From a phage: 64,000 nucleotides of DNA. Every line of letters begins with the position of its first letter. Positions within the stretch are counted from its first letter, which is position 1. Positions 28,507 to 37,741 of the stretch are shown one piece after another. The stretch lies in the sequence record PZ357121.2; one strand, written 5' to 3'. Below the pieces are notes generated by a model that was not told where the DNA came from, did no database searches, and worked only from the letters and a program-made list of their open reading frames with translations. The translations under genes were made by a program, and so were the position numbers.

Positions 28507-29439
28507 TTATGATTTTAATGCATTCATTGCGTTAAAAAGTTTAGAGTACTGCAACTGGAGCTTGGTAACTACTTGTTGAGCATCACGAAGCTTAGCTTGT
28601 GCTTTGTCAAGTTCAACAGACAGTTGGTCCACAGTGGCTTTGATTTGATTATAATAGTAATCTTCTGCAGGAAGAAGACCGTTAGAGATTTCCAGTTTAG
28701 ACGACGGTGTGCCGTTAAACATAACAGGTTGTGCTGAAGCTGAATTAATCTTACCGATAGTCGGGGCGACAATAATTGACGCTTCGAACGTTGCATTTTC
28801 CTTTTTAAGATTTTTATAATATTCAGAGTCTTTGTGCCACCATGGCGCAGGAACCTTTTTACCAATAGATACACGAGCCTGGATAGCGATATGGCCCTTA
28901 TTCTTGATAACGTCGATAATATTAAGCTCACGAGAATAAATTGCTTTAATCTGGTGAATATTATCACCTAACACTTCCAACGCTTGGTGGAATACACGAG
29001 CAACGTTATCATTCTTAGGTTTATACGTAAGAGTGAACTCGTTCTCACTGATAACCATGATTTCCAACTTATCGTAAGTATATTTCAAATGTTTCATGTT
29101 AATTGCTTGAGGACGAATACGAGAAGCAATGGCCATCAGATTGTTAAGGTTATTCCGGAACTGCTTAGCGAAATATTGTCCTTCACCACCAATACAAAAA
29201 TTACGAAGTTTCTGTTTGGCTAATAAACGGCTGAACTCACCATTTTTAATGAACTCTTTAACGGGGGTGTTAGTAACGCATTCAAATTGAGTAAACTTAC
29301 GAGAAGTAATTCCATAATACGAACAGATTTCCTCAATCTCTTCAGGAGTCTTTACAGGCATACGGATAGGATTAGGACCTGGGGTATATGCGTTCGAGGT
29401 AAATTCTTTGATAAGTTCTCTACGTGTAATAAAAGCCAT
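28507..29439 (-). CDS. hypothetical 310-aa protein with C-terminal coiled coil (early gene B)
   Basis: Own promoter; C-terminal coiled coil KLRDAQQVVTKLQLQYSKL. Confidence 0.65.
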   Translation of the reverse strand: MAFITRRELIKEFTSNAYTPGPNPIRMPVKTPEEIEEICSYYGITSRKFTQFECVTNTPVKEFIKNGEFSRLLAKQKLRNFCIGGEGQYFAKQFRNNLNNLMAIASRIRPQAINMKHLKYTYDKLEIMVISENEFTLTYKPKNDNVARVFHQALEVLGDNIHQIKAIYSRELNIIDVIKNKGHIAIQARVSIGKKVPAPWWHKDSEYYKNLKKENATFEASIIVAPTIGKINSASAQPVMFNGTPSSKLEISNGLLPAEDYYYNQIKATVDQLSVELDKAQAKLRDAQQVVTKLQLQYSKLFNAMNALKS

Positions 29440-29465
29440 TTTATATTCCTCATGTTGAAAAATTT

Positions 29466-29494
29466 ATTATACTCCAACCATCCTTGGTTGTACA
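29466..29494 (-). promoter_or_regulatory. sigma70-type early promoter sharing its spacer with 28473..28501
   Basis: Minus strand reads TGTACAACCAAGGATGGTTGGAGTATAAT; spacer differs by 1 nt from the neighbouring promoter. Confidence 0.5.
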
Positions 29495-30490
29495 TCATTC
29501 CTTAAGAAGTTTTACTACCTGAATAAGATTAGCTCGTTCTGTTTTATTTTTACCGTTTAAGCCTGCTAATCGTGAGATTTCATCGTCAGTCTGTTGAATA
29601 GTTACATTAAGTTCGTTAATCAAAGCTTCAAAGTATTTGATTTGCTCAGCATGTTTTGATTCAAATTTCTGAACTGGAATAACGTCTTGGTTTAGTTCAT
29701 CAATAAGGTCTTTAAGAGCATCTTCTTGGTTGATATCATATTCAACTTCTTTTATTTCTTCAATGAGCTCGTCTTTATATCTAACGTCTTTTAGTCCTGG
29801 TGCTGGTCCTGAAATCTCTTCTTTAGGAGTACAAACATATCCAATACGGTATCCAATGCCGTCTCGCTTGATATCAACTTCGTCAATAAATCCACAATGT
29901 TTAAGACCAGAGCCGATTAGGTCAAAATATCCTTGACGTCGTCCTTCAAACGTTACACGAACTACTAAGACAGTTTTACCTGCAACCTTTTGAAGCTCAC
30001 ATTTATAAAAGTCTGTTGAACCTGAATAACGTGGATGAGTTTTAAAGTTCATCTGACGATCTAGGCCCATTTGTAAGCGTGCTGATACGGCCATAAAACG
30101 TGTTTGGTTCTCGTTAAGATGAGCAACAATCCATTTCAAAGGCATTTTACACTGTTCACGACCGAACAAATCAGTATATCCTAGATTACGCAGAATGTTG
30201 TTAGAGTTAATCATCGACAGAACGTTAAGTTTATTCAGCGCGCTGAAGATTCCATCGGCCATTGATTTTCCGTAACCTTTACACGCTTTAATAAGCGCTC
30301 GCGGTAGATTAGTATAGATTTCAGACGGCATATGAAAATCAAATTTACTAGTCAGTAATTGATGAACTTGGATAGCAATTTGCTCATAATTAAGCGCTCT
30401 GCGATCATTATGGTCTTTAAACCACACTTTAATCTGTGAAGCACATAAACCGTTAATTTCATGTTTTACCGCATCAGATGTAATGCTCAT
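29495..30490 (-). CDS. hypothetical 331-aa protein with C-terminal coiled coil (gene C)
   Basis: Own promoter; acidic coiled-coil C-terminus. Confidence 0.65.
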   Translation of the reverse strand: MSITSDAVKHEINGLCASQIKVWFKDHNDRRALNYEQIAIQVHQLLTSKFDFHMPSEIYTNLPRALIKACKGYGKSMADGIFSALNKLNVLSMINSNNILRNLGYTDLFGREQCKMPLKWIVAHLNENQTRFMAVSARLQMGLDRQMNFKTHPRYSGSTDFYKCELQKVAGKTVLVVRVTFEGRRQGYFDLIGSGLKHCGFIDEVDIKRDGIGYRIGYVCTPKEEISGPAPGLKDVRYKDELIEEIKEVEYDINQEDALKDLIDELNQDVIPVQKFESKHAEQIKYFEALINELNVTIQQTDDEISRLAGLNGKNKTERANLIQVVKLLKE

Positions 30491-30525
30491 AACTATTTCC
30501 TCAGATTGAATTGGAACTCAAAACC

Positions 30526-30551
30526 ATTATAACCCGTCCTTGGGTAAAGCG
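30526..30551 (-). promoter_or_regulatory. candidate MotA-dependent middle promoter
   Basis: Minus strand reads CGCTTTA then 13 nt (CCCAAGGACGGGT) then TATAAT; shares the CCAAGGACGG element with the two early promoters. Confidence 0.4.
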
Positions 30552-30552
30552 T

Positions 30553-31080
30553 TTATGCGTGAACCGTCTTTAAACGTTCTTCAAATTTCCGAAGAGTACT
30601 AATACGTTCTGCTTTCTGTTTTGTATAGTTTGCAATACGTTCTGAAGTGAGAGCGTATCGTTCGTTTACTGTTTCTTTCATGAAGTCAGGGATTTCACGA
30701 GAAGCTTTAATTTCATCAAACTTATCGAGTACTGCCTGGTCTTCAGCGATTAAATTTTCGTACATCTCGATATCTTTCTTGATAAACTCGATATCTTCCT
30801 GGGTTACTTTGGATAAACGAGATGCTTTATCCTTTTTGTACTGCTCGTTAGTTTCACGAGACCAGAATAATGTACGTTTTTTGTTAGTGTTTTTGTAGAC
30901 TTCCACAATTCCAACTGAATCGATGATAGCAATCCAATTCCAGCGAGATTTGAAAATCTGACCTCCGTCCACGGTAATCTCGTTACCATAAGCAACGTCA
31001 TTAAAGAACTTGCTTTGTGCTTCAGATTTAAATTTACCGTCGTTATAATTTACCAGGTTGAAAATATCTTTAGCGTTCAT
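30553..31080 (-). CDS. hypothetical protein
   Basis: 175 aa ORF; early promoter GTTTAC..TATTAT with inverted repeat upstream. Confidence 0.6.
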   Translation of the reverse strand: MNAKDIFNLVNYNDGKFKSEAQSKFFNDVAYGNEITVDGGQIFKSRWNWIAIIDSVGIVEVYKNTNKKRTLFWSRETNEQYKKDKASRLSKVTQEDIEFIKKDIEMYENLIAEDQAVLDKFDEIKASREIPDFMKETVNERYALTSERIANYTKQKAERISTLRKFEERLKTVHA

Positions 31081-31138
31081 GTTTTACCTCCAGTAGTTGA
31101 TAGGTCTATAATAACATAACCATAGACCTTGTAAACAA

Positions 31139-31426
31139 CTAAAAGAAACTTTTTTCGGTATTTTTTCCACTGAACCAAACCGATTTCGGAATTTTCTGTA
31201 ATTTTTCAGATTTAAGTTTCTCTTCCTGTTCTTTCTTATATGCATCCTTGTCGTACCGGAACAACTCTAGGGCATTCTTTTGTAGACGGTCTAAGGTAAT
31301 TAAGGCTTTAGTTTTTCCTTTCAAGGAAGAGTCCTGGCGAACCTCCTCGCTATATTGCATCGTAGAACTAACCATACGATGAGCATAGAGTTCGACTGCG
31401 GCTTTAATTTTTTGCATAAAATCCAT
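31139..31426 (-). CDS. hypothetical protein
   Basis: 95 aa ORF. Confidence 0.55.
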   Translation of the reverse strand: MDFMQKIKAAVELYAHRMVSSTMQYSEEVRQDSSLKGKTKALITLDRLQKNALELFRYDKDAYKKEQEEKLKSEKLQKIPKSVWFSGKNTEKSFF

Positions 31427-31564
31427 AACATATCCTCTTTGATTTGTACATCATTATTTTTAAATATTTCTATGCCCTCAGTAGGTTCCTGGTGTCCTTA
31501 TTTGAGGTAAGCCATATGATTATTCATCTTTATGGCTTTTGTTACCTCAGAACTTCCTATAAGC

Positions 31565-32566
31565 TTATTTCAGTAAAGTTACTTCAGAGATTTCCTCCCA
31601 ACCATCTTTGTCAGTTGAAATAAAATCTGCTACGTAAAGAGCCGTACGTAATGATACATTGCGAAGACGAGATACGTTAGCCTTCATCCAGGACAAGGCT
31701 TTATACGTTTCTGCATCTGTCAGACCACGTTTCTGCATCATGTCAGTAGATAATATTACATCTTCAACTCGAACCATAATCTCTTCATTAGAGTGTACTC
31801 CAAGGTCGAGATACACTGAACGAGATACTAAAGCTTGAAGGTGTGGGGCAAGTTTCGAACCGCGTTCTAACTCTTTATCGATATCAACGTTTGTAATGAA
31901 AACGATAGTACCTTCAAACTCAAATTCTTTATCAATACCCTTATCATCGAGATAAGATGACGCAGTGCTCCAGCAAACTTTGCGTTTATCTCCAGTATCT
32001 AATGCTGCTTTAAGAAGGTTCAAGATGTCCATATCTGAGAATACGTCAACGTCGTCGATTAAGAGAACGCTGTCTGCATCACGGTTGAGCCAAAGTTGTT
32101 CGTAAAGGCCGATACCAGAGATTTTACCATTAATGCTTTTGTATTTGATGAAACCGTTATCATTAGCATTATTAAGTGCTTTATCCAGAGAATACGTCTT
32201 ACCAATACCAGCTGCACCTGAAATAATGAGTGAACGAATTTTACCATCGATAATGCCATTCGTCATCATGTTCATTACTTTAAAGCGTTTGTTGATACGA
32301 GTTTTCATATCTTCAGTGCTTTCAACAACTGCAACTGGTGATGTCTCAACTCCTTCCATTACGATGTCTGATTTGAAGACCCATACTCCACGTTCAGAAC
32401 CATCAATCATAACGAAAATTTTACCATCACCTAAGTGGGAACATTCAGGATTAAGCTTTGCCGGGAACCAGGTCTTTGTGGCAACATAAGAACCAGAGAT
32501 TTCGTTATTACGATAGATACCTTTTTTGATTTGAACGTTGAACATTTTATTCTCCAATTTACTCAT
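31565..32566 (-). CDS. P-loop ATPase (AAA-like)
   Basis: 333 aa; Walker A ISGAAGIGKTYSL, Walker B VLLIDDVD. Confidence 0.7.
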   Translation of the reverse strand: MSKLENKMFNVQIKKGIYRNNEISGSYVATKTWFPAKLNPECSHLGDGKIFVMIDGSERGVWVFKSDIVMEGVETSPVAVVESTEDMKTRINKRFKVMNMMTNGIIDGKIRSLIISGAAGIGKTYSLDKALNNANDNGFIKYKSINGKISGIGLYEQLWLNRDADSVLLIDDVDVFSDMDILNLLKAALDTGDKRKVCWSTASSYLDDKGIDKEFEFEGTIVFITNVDIDKELERGSKLAPHLQALVSRSVYLDLGVHSNEEIMVRVEDVILSTDMMQKRGLTDAETYKALSWMKANVSRLRNVSLRTALYVADFISTDKDGWEEISEVTLLK

Positions 32567-32663
32567 TTCGTTTCGATAGGTCTATAGTATCATATCCTAA
32601 AAGCATGTACACTACTTTTTTAAAATATTTTAACCCCCTAAAGGGACCCGAAGGTCCCCACAT

Positions 32664-32945
32664 TTACTTATCGCACTTAGCAACATAATTAGGCATATCA
32701 CAGAATACGGAGCGAGTAACTACTCGGCCCTTTGACCATGCTTCAGTTGCTTGTCCGGCCGTGCTATTAATATAGCTTGATCTAATGTTCTCAATACCCT
32801 GAGAATGTGATGCATTTACCGAACCATTAGAAGACCCAGAAGACTGGTTACCACCAGCTCCTGCACTACCGCCAGCAGCACCCGTGGTAGCACCAACAGA
32901 GAATGCCATCATTACTGCGAATAAACCAATTACTAATTTTTTCAT
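32664..32945 (-). CDS. secreted Gly/Ser-rich small protein
   Basis: 93 aa; signal peptide MKKLVIGLFAVMMAFSVGA then G/A/S-rich region and C-terminal Cys pair. Confidence 0.6.
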   Translation of the reverse strand: MKKLVIGLFAVMMAFSVGATTGAAGGSAGAGGNQSSGSSNGSVNASHSQGIENIRSSYINSTAGQATEAWSKGRVVTRSVFCDMPNYVAKCDK

Positions 32946-32976
32946 ATTTACCTCAAGTTAATGGTTATTTATCTAC

Positions 32977-33966
32977 TTATTTATAGTAAGAATTATGATT
33001 TTCGAGATAGACTTGTTCAAGGAAGTCATCCCAGAAACTCATATCTACTTTTTGTTGCATGCCGTTCTTGGCAGCTTGTTCTGATGCTTGTTCAACTTGG
33101 TCAACGATATCTTCTAGGAATTCTTGTACAGTTTTAAATGTATGTTTACCAAGCTTAACATCGAGAATAAATGGAGCATCCTGAAGTGGGTAAACCAGAT
33201 CGCCTGTTTTGTAAATTTCCAATAATTGAAGTCCACCACGACATGCATGACTCAATGCTTTCCAGTCAATACCTTCGTTAGCTTCTGCCTTACGAGCACG
33301 TTCACCATAGTTCTCTTCCAGTTTAACCAGGATGGCATTGAACTCTTTATTGGTTAATGTGTCTTGGAATTTACGGTCTAACAGATTATAGAATGTTTGC
33401 TTACCTGTTTTCTCGTTTTCAGTTTCAACCCACGAAGCAAATTCACCTACAGGCAGAACATTCTTCATATGTGATAAACGAATTACTGCACCATTATCAA
33501 AGTATTGTCCCCATTCATTAGAACGTTTAAGGGCTTGACGAAGAACAGCCAGTCGAGAACCCTTGACACCGTATTTAGAAGCTTGCTTACGGACGTACCC
33601 TAAATAAGATTTCATGTTAGTGGTATAGAAACGAGACCTGTTGTCTTGAATATACTTCCATACATCAGGCAAATCAGATTTAACTACTAAACTTGGTGGA
33701 GTGTGAAGCATATCTAATGCGACGGTTTCACCATCTGCAGCTAGTTTAAAGAAATATTTGAGACTATACAACTCATGGTCCACGTCGTCTTTTGTGTTCT
33801 TAGAAGATGTGTTATTCGTGTTCTTGCTCACGTGTTCTTTAACGTTACCGGTCAAGATATCACGAGCATGAGGGACATAAATTTCTTTAAAATCGACGTC
33901 GGATTCAGGAGTAGACGTTCCATAAAGGTGGCTACCAAAGTAGCCTTTCATAATTGTTTTCATCAT
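32977..33966 (-). CDS. putative nucleotidyltransferase (Pol-beta superfamily fold)
   Basis: 329 aa; N-terminal GSHLYGTSTPESDVDF (G-S...D-x-D) motif. Confidence 0.6.
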   Translation of the reverse strand: MMKTIMKGYFGSHLYGTSTPESDVDFKEIYVPHARDILTGNVKEHVSKNTNNTSSKNTKDDVDHELYSLKYFFKLAADGETVALDMLHTPPSLVVKSDLPDVWKYIQDNRSRFYTTNMKSYLGYVRKQASKYGVKGSRLAVLRQALKRSNEWGQYFDNGAVIRLSHMKNVLPVGEFASWVETENEKTGKQTFYNLLDRKFQDTLTNKEFNAILVKLEENYGERARKAEANEGIDWKALSHACRGGLQLLEIYKTGDLVYPLQDAPFILDVKLGKHTFKTVQEFLEDIVDQVEQASEQAAKNGMQQKVDMSFWDDFLEQVYLENHNSYYK

Positions 33967-34436
33967 TTAGCCTTATATTCAAGAGTAGGACAAACTTTTT
34001 CTTTACGAGCTTTAAGGTATTCGCCTATTAATGATTTCTTACGTTCAATAGGCTCAAGTCCATTTTTAATTCGTTCTTGGTTTTGCGCAATGAGCTCAAT
34101 TTCTTTATAATATTTTCTGTCGTTATATTTGTCTAACAACCAAGACGGACCAATTACCAATCCAGTAGCAATAAAAGCCATGACTGCTACCATTAAAATG
34201 CCTACGCCAATTGAGGCCGGAACTAATGTCCATAGACTGCTAAAAACAAAGAATCTAGTTAAAATTTCCTGGCCAATGATTGTGACTGCTGCTAAAATCG
34301 CAAATCCAATAATTGAAACAGACAATACCGGGATTAACGTTTTCCAAAAATAAGCACACAACGTTTTCGGACGATTCCATGTACTATTGAACGCGGCATA
34401 AATTTTAAAGTGCCAAGAGTTTTCATTGATAATCAT
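33963..34436 (-). CDS. membrane protein
   Basis: 157 aa; three predicted TM segments. Confidence 0.55.
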   Translation of the reverse strand: MIINENSWHFKIYAAFNSTWNRPKTLCAYFWKTLIPVLSVSIIGFAILAAVTIIGQEILTRFFVFSSLWTLVPASIGVGILMVAVMAFIATGLVIGPSWLLDKYNDRKYYKEIELIAQNQERIKNGLEPIERKKSLIGEYLKARKEKVCPTLEYKAK

Positions 34437-34445
34437 AATAATTCC

Positions 34446-34976
34446 TTATTTCAAAGTTGGGATAATAGAATCGAGATAAGCTTTAAGAGCAACTGCTTCA
34501 TCTTTGTCTAATGTAATGATATGTTGACGAAGGTCATCAATTTGGCGAATAACTACGACATCACCGTCTTCATAAGAAGGATTAACGCCTAGGACTGTTG
34601 TATAGTCAGGGCGGTCCTGATTTGTAATAAAAGCATTACGGCATTTAGCCCATTGAAGCTTGGCCTTTTTGGCAGTTTCAGATTCTATGAATTCTTTCAC
34701 CTTAGTGACGAATGTTTTCCAATTATTGATAGAAAGGCATTCATCTTCTGTTTCGATATTAACCCCACTATAAAGACCGTGATAAAAACGAACTTGAAGG
34801 TCTTCATCAATGTTAATTACAGATGCATGTCCCGGTGGATTGAGTTTCAAAATCTTGTCCAGTTCCATAGGAAGAATAGTAGCAGCATCATCTTCTTGTG
34901 TCAGAACATACACATAACCACGTTTTTCGATACATAAATCACCAAACAACTCGGTTGTTTCAATTACAGTTTTCAT
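34446..34976 (-). CDS. hypothetical protein
   Basis: 176 aa from ATG 34976 (MKTVIETTELFG...); ORF-track start is a TTG. Confidence 0.55.
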   Translation of the reverse strand: MKTVIETTELFGDLCIEKRGYVYVLTQEDDAATILPMELDKILKLNPPGHASVINIDEDLQVRFYHGLYSGVNIETEDECLSINNWKTFVTKVKEFIESETAKKAKLQWAKCRNAFITNQDRPDYTTVLGVNPSYEDGDVVVIRQIDDLRQHIITLDKDEAVALKAYLDSIIPTLK

Positions 34977-34977
34977 A

Positions 34978-35157
34978 TTATTCACCAATTAAAGTTTCAA
35001 CAAAATTCACCAAAGCATTCTGGCAAACATCAACCTGATTTTCATAAAAGTCTTCGTTATCATTTACTGCATGATAAGCTACATCATTTAAATCTGAATC
35101 AGCTTCACGTAAGTCATGGATAAGGTCCATCAATTTATTAGCTTGTTCACGGGTCAT
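34978..35157 (-). CDS. small hypothetical acidic protein (59 aa), below ORF-track cutoff
   Basis: Manual translation MTREQANKLMDLIHDLREADSDLNDVAYHAV...; coupled to a further 36-aa ORF upstream (35154..35264). Confidence 0.35.
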   Translation of the reverse strand: MTREQANKLMDLIHDLREADSDLNDVAYHAVNDNEDFYENQVDVCQNALVNFVETLIGE

Positions 35158-35283
35158 TTTACCATACTCGTTTCAATAAGATTCACTATGCCATTTACCA
35201 TGTTATAAGTAAACATCGGATAATTGTATTGTACTACAACATAAGAGATAAGCAAAAGTTTCATTTTGTTCTCCGTTTGTTTT

Positions 35284-35322
35284 GATAGGACTACTATAAC
35301 ATAGTCCTATCAAGATGTAAAC
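35284..35322 (-). promoter_or_regulatory. early promoter with 28-bp perfect palindrome (PeSL-type cassette)
   Basis: GATAGGACTA-CTATAACA-TAGTCCTATC followed by tgtaaac (GTTTACA on minus strand); identical palindrome at 53660 and near-identical at 45274 and 46568. Confidence 0.55.
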
Positions 35323-35558
35323 TACCGATTGTGTTTTAAATGTTGATAAAGTTCTTCAACTTGTTTAGGGTCCAAAACAATTAAGTCATTTTCTTGACGA
35401 AGATAAATCCATCCCTTATCCCCAGGGCCATTTTTACAAAACATCACCGTCGTCATATCGTCATCTTCAGCGCTTTCAGGTAAAAGTTCAAGTACACCGT
35501 CTTCAGATTTTCCAGTATAATCGTAAAGCATAATATCCTCACATAATCTCGTTAACAT
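35322..35558 (-). CDS. hypothetical acidic protein
   Basis: 78 aa ORF. Confidence 0.55.
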   Translation of the reverse strand: MLTRLCEDIMLYDYTGKSEDGVLELLPESAEDDDMTTVMFCKNGPGDKGWIYLRQENDLIVLDPKQVEELYQHLKHNR

Positions 35559-35787
35559 ACATTTGCAATTCGGTGTGGGCTTCAGCCATCTTTTTCATAG
35601 CTCTGTTAATGTCGATGTCTCCATCTTCGCAACCATGAGCATTTTCCCAATCAGATACCGCATTAGCGTACTCTTCAATCAAAAACATTAACTTTGAAAT
35701 CTTTTCTTTACGCGTCATAATGTTCTCCTCTAGTAAGTAAGGACTACTATAACACAACCTGAGGAGAAGTAAACTGATAGATGCCAA
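35539..35787 (-). CDS. hypothetical protein (rI.-1 position)
   Basis: 82 aa ORF downstream of rI. Confidence 0.5.
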   Translation of the reverse strand: MASISLLLLRLCYSSPYLLEENIMTRKEKISKLMFLIEEYANAVSDWENAHGCEDGDIDINRAMKKMAEAHTELQMYVNEIM

Positions 35788-35790
35788 AAA

Positions 35791-35812
35791 GCCCCAACCA
35801 TAAGGAAGGGGC
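35791..35812 (-). terminator. rho-independent terminator after rI (minus strand)
   Basis: GCCCCAACC..GGAAGGGGC hairpin followed on minus strand by TTTTTGGC; same stem sequence as terminator at 50539. Confidence 0.55.
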
Positions 35813-35819
35813 TAGTAAA

Positions 35820-36122
35820 TTAGATAGATGTAGGCTCTAATTTTATTTTCATGAACTCAGCAAATTGTCTGGCAGTTTTTATGCCTTGTTCATGACATTC
35901 AAATGCATCATCACAGGGGCTATTTTTGTAATGCTTTGCCATATACTTATAGAATTTTTCAGAATTCTCGACATTTTGAATTTCAAACAAAGTATATACG
36001 TTTTTAATCCCTGATTCCATAAAGTTATCAAAATATGGGTCGATATATGCAGTACCAACGATAGGAGTTGTTGCTGCAAAAAACCCCAGCATCGCCATGA
36101 CAGCTATCGCTCTTAAGGCCAT
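35820..36122 (-). CDS. rI: lysis-inhibition regulator RI
   Basis: 100 aa; signal anchor MALRAIAVMAMLGFFAATTP then conserved DPYFDNFMESGIKNVY and CDDAFEC; matches T4 RI. Confidence 0.8.
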   Translation of the reverse strand: MALRAIAVMAMLGFFAATTPIVGTAYIDPYFDNFMESGIKNVYTLFEIQNVENSEKFYKYMAKHYKNSPCDDAFECHEQGIKTARQFAEFMKIKLEPTSI

Positions 36123-36134
36123 ATAGGCCTCCTG

Positions 36135-36347
36135 TTAATTTTGGCCAGTATTTATTTTTCGCCTTTGGACGGCCTTAACATCTGTGAGGTATTTTTCCAG
36201 CTTGCGCTTGCGTGTATAATCAGCTTTAGAACCAGTTTGACGGATATCCTCGTTTAAATGAGAAATAGAATGACCTAATTCTCTTCGGATTTCATCCAAT
36301 TGGGTTACAGTAAGATTACGAAGTTGTCTTTCGTTTAATTGCTGCAT
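36135..36347 (-). CDS. hypothetical basic protein
   Basis: 70 aa ORF between tk and rI. Confidence 0.55.
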   Translation of the reverse strand: MQQLNERQLRNLTVTQLDEIRRELGHSISHLNEDIRQTGSKADYTRKRKLEKYLTDVKAVQRRKINTGQN

Positions 36348-36374
36348 ATATACCTCTTGGTTAGATATTAGTAT

Positions 36375-36956
36375 TTATAACAACCCTGTCAAATCGTTCC
36401 AATGCTTCCGGCATAATGACACATATCTATCGGTATCACCAATTTCAATTTGACTGCCATCTGTAATTGGAAGTCCGTCTTCCGTGACTCTAGCTACCAT
36501 TGTGGCCTTTTTACCACAATGACAGACACCTTTAAGTTCAACAAGCTTATCGGCAATAGCCATTAATGCTTGAGAACCTTCAAATAGATTACCTTTAAAA
36601 TCTGTTCGTAGTCCATATGCCATTACCGGCACATTGTATACGTCAACAATACGACTAAGTTGATACACCTTTTCAGTAGTTAAGAACTGAGCTTCATCAA
36701 CAAATACACAGTGAATATCCTTTTGTGCTGCAGCCCATTTATAGAATTCAAAGATATCCATGTCTTTTGTAATTATATTGGCATCCTGACGAATACCAAT
36801 ACGAGAGACTATTTCACCTTTTGAATCACGAGTATCAATAGCCGGTTTAAGAACTAATACACCCATGCCACGTTCTTTATAGTTATGTGCGGCAGTAAGT
36901 AATGAAGCAGACTTACCAGCGTTCATAGCGGCATATGTAAAAATTAAACTAGCCAT
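36375..36956 (-). CDS. tk: thymidine kinase
   Basis: 193 aa; P-loop AAMNAGKSASL, C-terminal Zn site CHCGKK...LCRKH; T4 Tk length. Confidence 0.9.
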   Translation of the reverse strand: MASLIFTYAAMNAGKSASLLTAAHNYKERGMGVLVLKPAIDTRDSKGEIVSRIGIRQDANIITKDMDIFEFYKWAAAQKDIHCVFVDEAQFLTTEKVYQLSRIVDVYNVPVMAYGLRTDFKGNLFEGSQALMAIADKLVELKGVCHCGKKATMVARVTEDGLPITDGSQIEIGDTDRYVSLCRKHWNDLTGLL

Positions 36957-36964
36957 AAGAGTCC

Positions 36965-37150
36965 TTATTCGGTAATTCGTTCTAAATAATCATCCAATGC
37001 TTTTTGAGCATCTTCCAATTCTTGTGTTGCAAGTTGTTTTGCCAGTTTAGACGAGAAATACGATGAATGTTCCCATTCATAAGCTTGTTCTGCTAACCGT
37101 ATTTCATTAGACAAATAAATTATTTCTTCTTTCTGTTGGCGAGTAATCAT
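36965..37150 (-). CDS. hypothetical protein
   Basis: 61 aa ORF. Confidence 0.5.
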   Translation of the reverse strand: MITRQQKEEIIYLSNEIRLAEQAYEWEHSSYFSSKLAKQLATQELEDAQKALDDYLERITE

Positions 37151-37329
37151 AACGAATTCACATAGTTAATGAGTTCTTGCTCTTTCCTGTCAAATGATTC
37201 CATCAATGCTTGATATTCTTCGTCTGATAACGGGGCGTATTCGTCGTATGTGGCTGTACCCGCCTGCTCATCCAAAAGGTCGTGAATGAGTTCAAATAAT
37301 TTAGCTTTTTCTTCTTTAGTCAATTTCAT
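37147..37329 (-). CDS. hypothetical acidic protein
   Basis: 60 aa ORF. Confidence 0.5.
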   Translation of the reverse strand: MKLTKEEKAKLFELIHDLLDEQAGTATYDEYAPLSDEEYQALMESFDRKEQELINYVNSL

Positions 37330-37553
37330 TTAGGTTCGCCTTCTTTAACGAAATCTGGATAAGGGCAAAATCCTGAGTAAAACCCTTCACCTTTATGATT
37401 GTTACAACCCTTGTTCGAGCAATAGCACCAATAATCAAAATCACAAGCCATTTCGTCATTGCATAGAGCAAATACTACAGGCCATTCGCACTTTTCGCAT
37501 TTAGCGCCTAGAAGAATTTTTGTTTGACTCATAACCACGTCACCTGCATGCAA
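37326..37553 (-). CDS. Cys-rich small protein (putative metal-binding)
   Basis: 75 aa with 10 Cys (CEKCEW...CNDEMACDFDYWCYCSNKGCNNH...FCPYP). Confidence 0.55.
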   Translation of the reverse strand: MHAGDVVMSQTKILLGAKCEKCEWPVVFALCNDEMACDFDYWCYCSNKGCNNHKGEGFYSGFCPYPDFVKEGEPK

Positions 37554-37741
37554 TATTCTTCGACATGCTTTTTACGACCTTTCTTATCGATAAAGGTGTA
37601 TTCCATAAAGCGGCCATGATAACGACGTTCAACATCATGTGGGGTATTAATAGGACACTTAGTCTGGCGAATTTCTTCCCATTCACGAATAATGACTGCT
37701 TTATTCTTCGGGTCATACGGGTGAGGATAATGTACATTCAT
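37529..37741 (-). CDS. hypothetical protein
   Basis: 70 aa from ATG 37741 (ATGA overlap with the macro-domain gene stop). Confidence 0.45.
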   Translation of the reverse strand: MNVHYPHPYDPKNKAVIIREWEEIRQTKCPINTPHDVERRYHGRFMEYTFIDKKGRKKHVEEYCMQVTWL

